Assembly (NCBI GenBank): GCA_964016885.1
Contig: OZ024748.1
Span: 1,488,001 to 1,552,000 of the forward strand
DNA from: Eledone cirrhosa
Lineage: Eukaryota
DNA: 64,000 nucleotides
Direction of reading: 5' to 3'
How positions within the stretch are numbered: position 1 is the stretch's first letter; every line of letters starts with the position of its first letter. Positions 13,237-27,543 of this stretch are shown piece after piece. A program made the position numbers and the translations under genes. Under the pieces are notes generated by a model. It did not search any database. It saw nothing but the letters and a program-made list of their open reading frames with translations, and was not told where the DNA came from.

Positions 13237-14022
13237 AATTCCGTTATAACGAAATTCACGGGATATAAAAAAAATTGGTTGTAACGAAAACATTTTTATA
13301 ACGAGAACAACCTGACACATTAAGCGCGTGGCCCTGGATTGAAAAAAATTCGTTATAATGATATTCGTTATAACGGAATTTTTTATTTAGAATGCTGTGT
13401 ATACATTTTTTGGGACACCCTGTTTATATGTGTGTGTGTAGAGAGAGAGAGAGAGGGAGATTAATTTATCAAATGAATGACTCTTACAAGATTAGCTCTG
13501 TCTTCTACTCTCAGAAATCATCTGAGAGGAAACAGAACACGTCGTTCTAAGAGCTATTTGTTGATCTAATAACAAAGGAAAAATATATCCACTCTACATG
13601 TATTGAGTACTTTGGCTAATATTGTGGTTCTCTCCGCTTTAAACATACAGTCAAATGACTGAAACCTGTAAAAGCAAATACATACATATATGCACAGACA
13701 CACATATGCACACACAAACATATATATACACACACACAAAAAAACATATATACACACACACAAAAATCATATATACACACAAACTTCGTCACATACACAC
13801 AGAGACATATATGCACACAAACATTATATATATACACACACAAACATACACAAACATAGACACATATACAGACATATGTACACACATGCATACACAAACA
13901 TATGCACACATATATGCACACACATACATACATGCACACACAAACATACATGCACACACACAAACATACATACACACACACAAACATACATGCACACATA
14001 CAGATATGCACACACATATACA

Positions 14023-14097
14023 CAGGGTGTCCCAAAAAAACGTATACACACTCCAACAGCATTCTAATAAATGTGTATATATTTTTGGAGGGACACC

Positions 14098-14100
<3 letters not shown>
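14023..14100. mobile_element. 78-bp Tc1/mariner-type mini-MITE
   Basis: TIR CAGGGTGTCCC / GGGACACCCTG. Relatives at about 13385-13422 and 56602-56680. Confidence 0.75.
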
Positions 14101-14136
<36 letters not shown>

Positions 14137-15179
14137 AAGAACAAATCACTCGAAATTCTGTACGGCAACATTTTACCAAATTATCAACATTTTCCTCCCC
14201 ACAAGCGCTGTCTTTCTTGAATTCTATTGATAACATGTATGGCGATTTCATCAATACTGCTTATCTCAAAGAAGAAGGAGATAGCAGACACACTGATCAT
14301 TTTACATGGTAAATAGCAAGATTGTTTATTTTTTCAAAAGAAAGATGTATTCCTTCTTAAAATAAAATAAAATAAATAAAATCATTGCCAAGAACATAAA
14401 AATAAATATATTGATTTGTTTTCCCCCCTTTGTTTTCATTCGATCTTCTTCCCTATAAAGTTGCCAGCTACAAATATTGAATCGAAGAACAAATACGATT
14501 ATTATTTTATTTTATTTTTGGGGTTTGTTTTTTAAAAGCATGGTTAACCGTTTCAATTCTAACACACCAGAGATTCTATATTTTCCCCCTCATTTTAAAT
14601 TGTCGATATTTAAATTTTAAAAAAAAAAACTTCCTTCATAATTTTATGTAAAAAATCTTTGATAAACTTCCAAACACTAGTTTAATAATTGTTTCTGATT
14701 TAGGCACAAGGCCAACAATTTTGAGGGAAGGGAAAGTCGATTAAATCGACCCAGTGCGTGACTGGTACTTTATTTTATCGACCCCGTAAGGATAAAAGCC
14801 AAAGCTAACTTTGGCAGGATTTGAACTCAGACCATAACTCTATTCTGCAGAGCGTGCTCTCTGATGCTCTTCCGATTCTGTCAATCCGGTCTTCAGAACC
14901 TTCTAGGTGGGCACTATTTGATAGTAGTAACTCCAAGGTGGGGCTTCGGAATAAGCATAATATTATAATTCTTTCTAAATATGAAGGTGCACCATTGAAA
15001 AGTAGTTGGGTGGGGAGGAGACATTACCATGTTCCCCGGCAGTGGACCCCAATTCATGCTTAAGTTTGCAAAATATTGCCCTTGGCTGTTAAAAAAACTG
15101 GGGTAACTTGGCAGAGTACGCTTTTCCTCGTCCTCAATATAACAGACATTGCTTTTGTTGTCCAGTCTTTTGACCAAAA

Positions 15180-15345
15180 TCACAATCTCTCCTAAGTAGA
15201 AAACTATTTGCCATTCGAGATGTTTGGAGGCACTGGATCACTGACAACAAAGTTCTGATCCTCTGCGGCTCACCTTGCAGAGGAATCCAGTGATGCCCAT
15301 GAGAGTCCTTGGTTGTTCCAGCGCCTTAGCCATGCTATCACCTGT
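15180..15345 (+). mobile_element. Second CRE-like endonuclease remnant
   Basis: FEMFGGTGSLTTKF...HESPWLFQRLSHAI matches the WLxQRLSxA C-terminal motif. Confidence 0.5.
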
Positions 15346-15830
15346 TTACTACTGCCAGTATGTTAGCTTGCCTCAAAAGGTATTTGAGAAAGGCTGCCAA
15401 ATCAACTTACATTAGTATTTATTCTTTTATAATATCAACTTAAGGTATCTCGCTGCTATTTCTAGCAATTTGAGGTGACAGAACAGAAACAAAAGATAGA
15501 TTAAGTAAATTAATATACCGATATAGACCATATGTTGGTTCCAATAAAGACACAAATCAATAGTAGACATTAAACTCTTAACACCAAAGCTAAATCAAGT
15601 GCAGTGAGCTAATTAGCAAACTACAGTTTAACAGTTATTGTCTATGTGTATCAATTAATTTTGAAAATTTGAAGAATTTAATGAAATAACTTTTCCATTT
15701 AGTAAGCTGGCATTATTTAACAAAAATTTCTTAATTAAAATTACAGAAGGTTTTAACATAAATATGAACATTTTCAAATGGGCCATAACATCAGGGTGGT
15801 TTCAGGCAGGTTAATATCAAAAGGGTTAAG

Positions 15831-15909
<79 letters not shown>

Positions 15910-17739
15910 AGTCAGGACCCCAATGGCTGAGCTCTTGCTGTTTGAACAGCTAGTTCCAATCTATAAACATACTCTACTACCCCAAGTATTGAGTACTCTG
16001 GTGAGTAATGGTCTAACCAGTTTCTAACTGAATCCATTCTGAGATAGAGAGAGAGATAGGATTATACCAGTTTATAACTAGTAATACCGTTACTTAACAA
16101 GAGCTCCCTTCCGTATACTGTATCGATTGTGTTGTTATTTTTGTTTACTTTTTACATACATATATATGTATGTATATCATCATCATCATCATCGTTTAAC
16201 GTCTATCTTCCACGCCAGCATGGGTTTAGACGGGAATTGTCCTACTTGAGGCAAGATTGGTCGGGTGACCATGTCTCGCTCGTATAGGACTGTCTGGCAG
16301 GTTTTCTACGGCTGGATGCCCTTCCTAACACCAACCACGTTTACAGTGTGGACTGTGTTATATATATATATATATACACGAGAGAAATTTCTATCAATTA
16401 CATTGATAAATAATGACTTCTGAGCTAAGCCCAAGGCCAGAAATATTGGAGGACGATCATAATAGATTATTGACCTTAGTATTTGACTGATGTCCATTTT
16501 ACAACCTACAAAATGATGAAAGGTAAAGTGGCCACTCCTGTGGAATTTGAACTCAGAACAACTACCGCTCTACTGATCTGCCAACTAGCTACCCAATAAT
16601 AATGGTTTCTAATTTTGGCACAAAACTAACAATTACCCCAGTACATTACTGGTACTTTATTTTATCGACCCTGTAAGGATGAAAGGCAAAGTTAACCTCG
16701 GTGTGATTTGAACTAATGAAACTTTATGAGAAAAGAACAATATCGGAAATACCGTAGTATATTACTGGTATTATTTTATCTACCCCAGAAGGGTGAACAA
16801 CAGAAATTAATCTTGGCAAAACTTGAATTTAATTTGTAATGGATTCATGCCAACAAATCAGAGTGGTATTGATGGTCTAAGTCAATATGACCCAGGTGCT
16901 TGACTGATACTTTATTTTAATAAATGTATGATGATGATGGTGGTGGTGATGATAAAGATAATCCTTAATCTTGGCAAAAGAGCCACAACTATGCAGGGTG
17001 AAGGGCATAATTGATCTAGTCAGTTACAGCACTTGACTGATATTAATTTTATTGATTCTGCATGGGTTAAAAAAAATCAATGGCTATCTTAAGGTCCCAT
17101 AGATTTCAGCTATCACTGAAATAGACAGATATATACACCATGTCTTCACAATATCTTTGTGAACTTGGGATTTTATTAACAACTTGGTACTCTCTTTAGC
17201 TGTCCAAAGAGATATTGCTTTAATCCTTTAGTATTTACATGTAAATGTGGTTGGTGTTAGGAAGGGCATCCAGCCGTAGAAAACCTGCCAGATAGTCCTA
17301 TATGAGCGAGATACGGTCACCTGACCAATCTTGACTCTAGTGGAACAATTCCCGTCTAACCCATGCTGACGATGATGACGATACTATTGTATTTTCATGG
17401 TAAAGGCTTTATCTCACATAACATCGAATCTATGAGATTTTGATATTATTTATTTTGAGAACAATACCTTAACATCAGTACGAGTGGCCAGTTACAGCCA
17501 GTTTGATCAGAAAGAGGGGAGAGAATTCTGGCTGGATACGGCCGGTGTAAATGCTAAAGGGTTAAACCCATTATTATAAAGTAAAGCAGATAGAACAATT
17601 AGTGTGTGTGTGTGTGTGTATAACACCTACTTAGCAATTTGTTTGAGTAATTAATTATTGGTGTATTAACAGTGCTTTGTCTCAATGCTATACTGTACTA
17701 CAGAATATATCAATAGATTTTAGACAATATGTAAAGACA

Positions 17740-18200
17740 AATATAGAAACCTTGTCTGTATATACAATAGTAAGTTTATAAGCAATGCCTCTGGATAGTT
17801 AAAGAGGGTACACAGTGTCTGGTGACATCCCAACACAGGATTGAAACTAGTCTAGCTGATTCCTCATTTTCTCTTCATAATTTGTCTGTATATACAATAG
17901 TAAGTTTATAAAGTTTTCTCTGTGGATAGTTAAAGAGGAGACAAGTGGTGTATGGTGTTTGTCAGCTGATTGTTTGACTGATCACAAGTGAACTGGGCAA
18001 GAACCACAACAGTGTTTGGAAGATCATCACCGGAAAATTTGGGTATGAAGAAGATCTGCATGAAGATGGTACCAAAGCTGCAGAACGATGACCAGAAGGA
18101 GTGGTGCATACAGGTGTATCAGGACATTCTTGAGTGTCTTGAAACCAAATCAGACTTGTTGGGGGAGTCATCACATATGAACAAACTGGGAAGTTTGCTT
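17740..18200 (+). mobile_element. Degenerate mariner transposase fragment
   Basis: ENLGMKKICMKMVPKLQNDDQKEWCIQVYQDILECLETKSDLL resembles the mariner WVPxxL linker region; frameshifted. Confidence 0.75.
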
Positions 18201-18309
18201 TTTGATAAAGTAAGGGTTTGCATAAGAAAAACCCTAGTTTATGTTGATTACTAACATGTGGAAGTGATTAAAGATAAGAACATTTTAATAATTTGTTTCT
18301 AGGATATAA

Positions 18310-18645
18310 TTACATAAATGTTCAGCATGCATGTAGTAACTTTGGAGAAAAAAATAACTATTTACAGGGACAAATAAAGGGTTAGAACTAAGGTCCTTGT
18401 GACTGGAAAGCAAACCTATCACAGCAATATGACTGAGATAGGTAACATATTGTATGTGCATGTAATTGTATGTTTGAAAGTGTGAATTGAAGAAATAACT
18501 ATTTACAGGGACAAATACTGGGTTAGAACCAAGGTCCTTGTGATTGGAAGGTGAACTTATTGTAGCAATATGGCTGAGATAGGAACTGCATTGTGTATGT
18601 GAATTGGAGAAATAGATATTTACAAGGATAAATGTAGGGTTAAAA
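18310..18645. repeat. Diverged tandem repeat of about 145 bp
   Basis: ATTTACAGGGACAAATA..GGGTTAGAAC recurs at about 18360, 18501 and 18617. Confidence 0.8.
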
Positions 18646-18994
18646 CCTATATATATATCATCATCATTGTTTAACATTCATTTTCCACACTAGCATGGGT
18701 AGGATGGGCTGTCCCTTTGTGAGAGTTTAGGTCAGAGGACCATGTTTCACTCATACACAACTGATTCTGGCTTGGTTTCTGTGGCTGGATGCCCTTCCTA
18801 ACACCAACCACATTTACAGTGAGTGTTGGTTGTTTTTTGTCATGACACCTACACAACCACTTTACATATATATGTATTATTATGATTGATACCCAGAAAA
18901 GCACTGCAGAGTCAGTTGAGTGTTAGTTAAAATACTAAAATACTTCACAGTATTTAGTTACACATTCCGAAATCATATCCTGTTGAAATCATTA

Positions 18995-19272
18995 CAGATG
19001 GATACTGAGGAGACTGAGGTGGTATGGACATGTGATGCGCATGGAGGATGACCGATGGGTGAAGAAGTGCCAGGAAATGCCAGTTGAAGGAAGACGTGGT
19101 AGAGGTAGACCACGAAAAACATGGGCGAAGGTGGTGAGAACAGACCTCAGATCACTGAAGCTCACGGTGGAGATGACGAAGGACCGTGACAAGTGGAGAG
19201 ATGCTGTGCTGAATAAGACCCGTCCCACCCTTGCAAGCAGGGAAAAGCGGACGTATGATGATGATGATGATG
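18995..19272 (+). mobile_element. RTE-clade LINE 3' end
   Basis: LRWYGHVMRMEDDRWVKKC...GRGRPRKTW...DRDKWR followed by a (GAT)n tail. Confidence 0.88.
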
Positions 19273-19851
19273 ATATATACACACACAAACACACAGCCTT
19301 TTATTATAATTGATGCAATAGAACATTGAAACAAAATACTTTATTTTTAAAAGATTGACAAGATATTAGACCTCATTCATTTATCAAGTGAGGTACAACT
19401 TGGTAGATTGGACCAAGGAAACAATGTTCCCATGGTCACAACTCCTGGCAAAATGAACATGAAATAAAGTGTCTTGCTCAAGGACATAACATCGCCCAGT
19501 CTGGGAATCAAACTCACAACTTCATATATTACTGTTGCATTGTGGCCTAGTTGTTAGAAAGTTGAATTCACAATCGTGAAGTTGTGAGTTCAATTCCCAG
19601 ACTGGGCCAACACTGTTTCCTCTCCTGCACTCTACTTCTGATTCCTTAACACACAGACACATATTTATATATACACACATATATCTATATGTGTCATATT
19701 GAAAACGTGACTGATCATTTTTATTAAAGATTTTTCTTATTTCCTTATTGTTTTTTTTTTATGATCAGATTAGTTCTAATAATCAAACTGGAGCACAGTC
19801 ATGTTTTCAATATCACATGTTTGAAAGAAAAACCTTTCTTTACTTATACAA

Positions 19852-19882
<31 letters not shown>

Positions 19883-20519
19883 AATATATACATACACATA
19901 AGTGTGTGTGTGTATACATATATATATATATATATCTATATATATATATCTATATATATATATATAGTACAATCAAAATAATAGTGAAAACTACACATCT
20001 AGCATTGTACCAATCTAAATTCATATATATGTGTGTATGTATATACATATATATATGTATGTATCTACATATATATATGTATGTATCTACATATATATAT
20101 ATGTATGTATCTACATATGTATGTGTGTGGGTGTATATATATATACATTCAGCTTTGGTTCATATTATCATGTCTTTCAGCAAATGCAGGCCCTTCCCAG
20201 CTGTTGCCATATGCTCTAGTTTTGTGCTTCTATCTACCATCTTGGTCTAAATTTATCAAGACCTACTTGCCATTGGGTCCTTGAAAGTTTAGTTTCTTAA
20301 GGTCCAGTAAGTTACCTGCCGTTCTCATGTCCTGCCCAATTCCACTTAACCTTTTTGATACCAACCCATCCGAGTCCATCCATGGTTTTATGATACAAGG
20401 ACTCTGTTTTAGCATTCATATTGAAATGAAAACATTCCAACATATTTGGGAGTTGTACTTGTCTGGTCGAAATGGTTGTTTTTCCAAAAGGTCTTTGGAG
20501 TAACATTACTCAATAGAGT

Positions 20520-20790
20520 ATGTATTTCAGAGATCAGAGAATCGCTTCAGGTAGAGCTGCTACTTCTCCCAATTGAGAGATCACAGCTCTGATATTACAG
20601 GCATGTGGAAAGAATCACAGGGCAGATTTTACAGACACAACCAACCAGCTGGAGACCCAGGGGTAGACCCCAAACATGATGGTTAGATAACATCCATGAG
20701 CTCAGCTAGTCTCGCTTCAAGTTGCTTCTGACAGGACCTGTTGGAAGGTGTGTTTGAGGACTTTGCCTCCAAGACCCTCTCAGTCAAGGA
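20520..20790 (+). mobile_element. Old RTE LINE 3' remnant (related copy at about 58700-58900)
   Basis: IRESLQVELLLLPIERSQL*YYRHVERI...RPRGRP..WLDNI. Confidence 0.6.
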
Positions 20791-21338
20791 ACCATTAAAT
20801 TGTTCCTCTCCATGGAAATCTTCAGTAAGAGGCAAAAGATTTATCTGCTCAGGGTGATGAGAAACCAGAGTTGTTACAACTCACACCTATACAGCTTCTG
20901 CTGGCCTCAAATAAGGCTGAATCTCATAGTAGGTTTCTTGGGTACTTTAAGTTGGTACTACTCACACCTATACAGCTTCTGCTGGCCTCATATGAGGTTG
21001 GATCCCATAGAAGGGTTCTTGTGTGCTTTAATAACAAGGACCCCAAATTCTATCATTCTTGCCATTCTTTACTCAACCAAGATTATAATAGATATACAGG
21101 GTGTCCCAAAAGTATGGTTCTACAGGAAATGTATTAAACATTATAATTTCCATTTAAAATTTATATAAAACCTGTCCCCATTGGAAATATATTTTAGAGT
21201 ATAAATTCCATTTAAAATTTCTTAATTAGTTTGAATCTAGTAAATTGGAAACAAAAATTATAGTCTGAAATGTGTGAGTCCCAACACAAATGACCATACT
21301 AGTAGTTGACATTATAATAGTTGAGAAAATCAGATAAA

Positions 21339-21530
21339 TACCAGCACTACCACCTTACAGGGTGGGCTGATTGCTTTTTTTTGTTGTTGTTGTGGTACCA
21401 GTATTACCACCTTACAGGGTGGGCTGAGTTCTTTTTGTTGTGGCACCAGTATTACCACCTTACAGGGTGGGCAGAGTGGTTTTTTTTTTTTGTTGTTGTG
21501 GCACCAGCACTACCAATGAACAGGGTGGAT
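21339..21530. repeat. Tandem repeat of about 50-60 bp, 4 copies
   Basis: ACCAGTATTACCACCTTACAGGGTGGGCTGA separated by slipping T-rich linkers. Confidence 0.85.
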
Positions 21531-21962
21531 ATTCTGCATATTAAATACACATAAGTGTGTCAGTGTGTGTGTGTATGTCATCTGCGTGTATGTATGTGAG
21601 TGTGTGTCATCAGTGTGTGTGTGTGTGTGGTGTCTGTGTCAATGCGTGTACGTCAGTGTGTATATGTGTGTTCTTGAGTGAATACAACAGAAGTAGCAGA
21701 CAGCTAAATTATGTCCACAGAAGGTGCTGAGGAACTGATTTAGTAAAAATGTCAACTAGAACCAGATTTTACCATGTCAACAAGAAACGGATGATCTTTT
21801 GTAATGAGAGAGAGTAACAGGGTCAGAGAAAGAGAGAGAGAGAGTTACAGAGGGAGATAGATAGAGAGATCGAGAGAGAGAGACAGGGTCAGAGACAGAG
21901 AGATATTATATAAAGAGAGAGATATAGAAACGAAAATAAGAATAGACAGAGAGAGAGGGGGC

Positions 21963-21996
<34 letters not shown>

Positions 21997-22365
21997 TACT
22001 GAGAGAAAGAGATAATGTGCAACAAGTGTTATGGTGGGGAGTGTGGTCAGTTCAAAGAATATCAAGGTACCTAACACCCAAACAAGAACGTTTGCATAAA
22101 ATATTTAGATTCAACATTAAATATTGCTTTCGAAATGATAATCTTCCTCGTATAACGAATACAAATATTCATTTAAACAAATATTCTACGTTATATTATA
22201 TGTCATGGTTATAAATTTATTTTATCGTTAATAAAATGTCTTCGTTATTTGCTGTAGATATTCTACAAATATATATCTTTTCATACTAATTTCAATCACT
22301 AGATTGTGGCCATGCTAAGGCACCACCGTATTATAAATTTTCTCGGTTATATATATATATATAAT

Positions 22366-22497
22366 CTTATGATTTCTTTTGAATGAAACAGTTCTAGTCC
22401 TATAAAAGCCATTTCTATATTAAACATGATGTTTACAGCCTACTAATGTATTGAGTACCTCACTAACTGTGGTTACCCCCGATTGAACCCGGGACTC
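22366..22497 (+). mobile_element. Second Penelope-like family fragment with a degenerate hammerhead motif
   Basis: CTtATGA-tTTC(tttt)GAAt-GAAAC-agttcta-GTC. Related copies at 25241-25385, 26035-26165 (-) and 29095-29195 (-). Confidence 0.5.
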
Positions 22498-22801
22498 ACA
22501 CACACATACAAATGTGAGATAATTTTTTCAATATTATAAGTTAACCTGGAAAGGATTAGCACCAACCCTGACCTTTACAGATCATACTACCAGGTGCTGG
22601 TGACATTAATGAGGCCAGCGCTCAACCCAAACATCTGTAGGAGGTCTAGGTCAGCAGTGGGGGGGAAACGGGGGCGTGTCTGGTCCGATTGTTTGCAAAT
22701 GGATGAAGATCCTTGGGATTTAAAATGGTGGGTAGCTGAGGCTGTAATAGTGTTCAACAGGGCGATATATTAGGCCTCAGTTTGTAGTCTTTAATATAAT
22801 T

Positions 22802-22922
22802 GTTTCTACTTTAGGCACAAGGCCAGCAATTACCCAGTGCGTTACTGGTACTTTATTTTATCGACCCCGTAAGGATGAAAGGCAAAGTCAACCTCGGCGG
22901 GATTTGAACTCAGATCCCACCG
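22802..22922 (-). mobile_element. 5'-truncated SINE with short 5' inversion and 16-bp TSD
   Basis: AGTCTTTAATATAATT at 22786-22801 and 22923-22938. Confidence 0.8.
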
Positions 22923-22994
22923 AGTCTTTAATATAATTAAGGTCATTTGACTAAAATCACTCAGTCCCTCAAGTATATACTACTGCTAATAATT

Positions 22995-23391
22995 ATAGAC
23001 CTGGTCAGAAGAACTTCTCCGAGGTCAGTGACCAGGATCACCAAATTCTCAGGGTGTACTACTACTAACAGCTATAGACCTGGTCAGAATTTCTCTGGGG
23101 TCAGTGGCCAGGATCGCCAAATGCTCGGTGTGTGCTACTACCAACAGCTAATAGACCTGGTCAGAATTTCTCTGGGGTCAGTGGCCAGGATCGCCAAATA
23201 CTCGGTGTGTGCTACTACCAACAGCTAATAGACCTGGTCAGAACTTCTCTGGGGTCAGTGGCCAGGACTACCAAATTCTCGGTGTGCTACTACCAACAGC
23301 TATAGACCTGGTCAGAACTTCTCGTCTGAGGTCAGTGGCCAGGATCGCCAAATTTTCGGTGTGTGCTACTACTAACAGTTATAGACCTGGT
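22995..23391. repeat. Minisatellite of about 77 bp, about 5 copies
   Basis: TAGACCTGGTCAGAA..GGTCAGTGGCCAGGATCGCCAAA..GCTACTACCAACAGC. Confidence 0.92.
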
Positions 23392-25047
23392 TACCATAGA
23401 TATCACTAAGCTGTCGAAAGATTTGAAATGGCTCAAATCCAAGCAAGTTTGACCAGATGATGAATAAGGTAAATGGCGAAGATCTGAAGAAACTAAGTGA
23501 TGATATGTGTAACCAATTAAGTGAGCATAGACATTTGAAACGTGGAATAAATTCTGTTAGCCGTGAGAAAGAGGACATTTTTTTCCTTTTATGTTGTCTT
23601 CATTAATTAAATTGTTTTCTATAATTTCAAAAGCAGTACCTGACGTCAACTAAAAGAGCACGGTTATCTAGCAATGAATGACAAACAGGCGAAAAATTTA
23701 ATAACTAACCATTGTATTATCATATTTCTAATGAAAGACACTAGCTATGATTTGTAAATCATTTTGAGAAATAACAAGAATTTGGAAATATTTAGCAATT
23801 CAACTAACTTCTCCATTGTTAAGCTGGTCTCAGGAACATAACTTAACGATTCTGACATAAAAATATAAACAAACAATTTGGCATCATAGAACCAGGGTCG
23901 ATATGGTATTAAAAAGAAATAAGAATCTGGAGGGATATATAACGAACTTTCCCATTATTAAACTGGTTTCAGAGTCAAAGATTCTTACATAAAAATTAAA
24001 AATATACATGTTTGTATCAGAACCAGGAGTTTGGTATCAAGTGGGTTAAAGGATTTAATGTAACAGAGAAAATAAACGTAAATAGCTAGCCAGCCTTATG
24101 GAATGATATTCGGAGGAAGGCAAAAGATAGGCACCATCACACAACCATATATAATTTACACAGAACAGACAACTTAAAATTCATAGAAGATTCTAGCCAA
24201 ATCCATTGATAGCCCTTCCAACTGGCATAACAACAATTTGGTAAAATTTATGTCCACAATGTCGCCCAGTAGTAGCAGGTTGTGTTGTCCTTAATAGCAG
24301 GTGAAATAAATACATAACATATTCAATATACACCAGGTCAAGTAATGTTTAGTGACCCTTGCTCCTGAGTGTCGTAAGCATAAGCTTCATTAAATACCTC
24401 TCTTAAACATTTCACCCAATTATCCATATATATATATATATATATACTTACATACATACACATACATATATATATATGTATACATACATCGATATACACA
24501 TATATATGCATACACATATATATAGATATACACATATATAAATAGATACACATATATATACATAGATACACATATATATACATAGATATACATGTACATT
24601 TATATATAGATATACATGTACATTTATATATAGATATACATGTAGATTTATATATAGATATACATCATGTACATATATATATAAACACACACACATTCAT
24701 ATATACATACAAACACATATATATATATATATATACACATTTCTAAACATATACAAATACACATACGCACACATATATATATATAGATATATAGATATAT
24801 ATATAGACACAGATATACATACACACGCATATATATACATATACTCAAATATATACATATACACACATCTATACATAGAGATACATAAACATACATGTAT
24901 ATATATATTTATATATGTGTATGAAGAGGTTAGCCGTGTTTATGTCTATGACACTACAGATCATGCAGAAGTCAAACTGATAATACAAATATTTTCAATT
25001 TCCATATCTGTTGATCGGTCTTTACATTAGTTGTACCCACACCTGTG

Positions 25048-25090
<43 letters not shown>

Positions 25091-25180
25091 CTATCTCTAT
25101 ATCTACTCTGCATTTCCCCGTGCATTGAGTACTCCCATGATTAGTCGTCTCCTCGGTCTCAGTACCACAGACATATATAA

Positions 25181-25226
<46 letters not shown>

Positions 25227-26299
25227 TATTTTATATAGATATGATTTCTACGGGACTAGAACCGTTTCATTGCGAATGAAACAGTTCTAGTCCTGCAGAA
25301 GTCATTTCTATATAAAATAATATAAAAATGTATTGAGTACCTTTTTTAACCTGTAGTTACCCCTCGACACAACTCGGGAATCTACACACCCACTTATATA
25401 TATATTAACAGAGAGAGGGGGAAAGAGAGAGAGTGGTGTCCAGTTTTTATACATACATGTCAAATATATATAAGTCCTTTGAACAGACATATATTTTGAC
25501 TCGACATGGATGGCTGTGTGAAGGTTCTTTATCTTCGTATAGTATCACTATAACTATAGTATAGAGACAAAAACATTTATGTTTGTCGGAATTCCAACAA
25601 TTAAATACAACTTATATATGTATATATATATATATATATAAATAAAAGATCAAACCACATCTATTTATAATTTTTCATGACAAACATTACGGAATCTAAT
25701 TTATCTCGGAGAATAATCTAAAACTATATTTAAATTCTGTATTATTTGTTTACTAAATTGGGTTTCTATCCGATTGGGGCCAGGAACCCTTTAAAAATAA
25801 ACACACCTTCATATGTAAATATATATATACACATATAATTGTTTCTACTTTTGATTATTCCAGTACATTACTGGTACTTTATTTTATCGACCCCGTAAGG
25901 ATGAAAGGTAAAGTTAACCTCGGCACATACACATATGTGTATAAACACACGCTTGTTTCTGTATTTAAGAGTGTATTCAATACACACTAGGCATGTGTAT
26001 ATATTGATATATACAAGCCTAGTGTCTATATATATGAGTCCCGGGTTCAACCGGGGGTAAAACCACAGTAAGTAAGGTATTCAATACGTTACAACAAAAG
26101 TTAAGATGGAAATGGCTTCTACAGGACTAGGACTGTTTCATTCGAAGGAAATCATCATCATCTCAATATATATAGACACACATAAAGGTGTACAGGAAAA
26201 ATATGCATCCAAAATAAACAACCAGGATATATATATATATCCTAAGTATTGAGTACTCTTGTGCGTTATGGTCCATCTGGTTCCTTACCACAATTCCTT

Positions 26300-26369
<70 letters not shown>

Positions 26370-26520
26370 AGAAGAGATATTTAATTTGTTGGAAATCCAG
26401 CAAATATAGATGTTTACAACTGATTCAGAACACTCGACAACTTTCTGGAGTAAGTATTCAATGATATTAAATAGAATAAATATGGTTTTATAAATATAAT
26501 TTCCATTTATTTAATATCTT

Positions 26521-26569
<49 letters not shown>

Positions 26570-26781
26570 CATACTCGCTTCGAAAACCAAAATAAGAACA
26601 TTCCATAGACACACATAATCACAAAAGTTAGAAGATATATATATTTTTCTATATATTTTTTTGTTAATAAATAATAACAAATGTAATATTACTAATTACA
26701 AAATATCAAAATATAACAGACAATAGTTATAATGATAATAAATAATGAATTATTAAATTTATTATTATATAGTTTTCTTAC

Positions 26782-26818
26782 CAAGAGCTTTATCATATTG
26801 GGAGTTCCGGCCGAACAT
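26782..26818 (-). CDS. HGS: Putative first coding exon of HGS/Hrs (ESCRT-0, start of VHS domain)
   Basis: AAT-ATG TTC GGC CGG AAC TCC CAA TAT GAT AAA GCT CTT G|GTAAG = MFGRNSQYDKAL + 1 nt. Resembles recalled Hrs N-termini (fly MFRSSFDKNLE, human MGRGSGTFERLLD) and is divergent from ARL16 as in human. Downstream exons not found in the window. Confidence 0.55.
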
Positions 26819-27163
26819 ATTGTCAGCTTTAATTATTGTTTAAAATCCAAAGAGAAACGAGCTTTGCCCTGATCTGTTGTTTGTGTTGAGTTATAAATAA
26901 TTGTTCGGCCTCTTATTTCAGGTTTTTAGGTTTGGGGGTTTTAGTTTAGCAGTTGTTTGGGTTTTTTTTAGTTTGTTAGTTTGTTTTGTTACCCCCTTTT
27001 TTTTTTTTTTTTTTAGAAAAACAGGGGACAATAATGATAATAGAGAGAAAAAAAACCCAGTGAGTAGTGCGTGTCGTGTCACGTTAGGAAGAAAAGGAGA
27101 AAGATGACTAAGTGGAGTTCATCTGCTAAAAATGTTGGGATTCAACACTTTTACTACTGAGTC

Positions 27164-27186
27164 AAGATGGCGTGTTTCTTACGTCA
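27164..27186. promoter_or_regulatory. YY1-like (AAGATGGCG) and CRE/ATF-like (TTACGTCA) motifs in the divergent intergenic region
   Basis: Two adjacent housekeeping-promoter motifs in a locally CpG-containing patch between the two start codons. A GGGCGG box also lies at about 28088. Confidence 0.4.
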
Positions 27187-27194
27187 TTAGAAAA

Positions 27195-27198
27195 TAGC

Positions 27199-27232
<34 letters not shown>

Positions 27233-27543
27233 ATAGTGGTGGTGGTGCTGGTAGTACTAGTAGTAGTGGTGGTACTAGTTGTAATAGTAGTAGTGGTGGT
27301 GGTGGTAATAGTAGTAGTAGTGATGGTAGTGGTGGTTGTAGTAGTAGTAGTAGTGGTGGTAATGGTAGTAGTATAGTAATAATAACAGCAGTAGTGGTGG
27401 TGGTGATGATAGTAGTAGTAGTAGTAGTATATAGTAATAATTATAGTAGTAGTGGTAGTATTAGTAGTAGTATAGTAATAATTATAGTAGTATTAGTAGT
27501 AGTAGTAGTAGTGGTGGTGGTGGTGGTGGTAGTAGTAGTAGCG
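27195..27543. repeat. (AGT/GGT)n trinucleotide low-complexity tract
   Basis: Direct reading; lies between the two divergent start codons. Confidence 0.95.

Noticed and set aside
13566-13666. Minus-strand FDCMFKAER...CRV resembling HGS SDAMFAAER..CRV behind a good acceptor
   Set aside because: Lacks the FYVE Trp/Cys/His residues, ends in a stop, and overlaps a dispersed Penelope-type repeat motif (GTACTCAATAC).
11524-14312. Ile/Tyr-rich ORFs up to 344 aa
   Set aside because: (TA)n and (CA)n microsatellite artefacts. The same applies to similar ORFs at about 7 kb, 20 kb, 24.5 kb, 33.5 kb, 37.5 kb and 42.4 kb.
21339-21530. CRISPR-like repeat/spacer appearance (also 22995-23391)
   Set aside because: Linkers are homologous to each other, the context is eukaryotic, and there are no cas genes.
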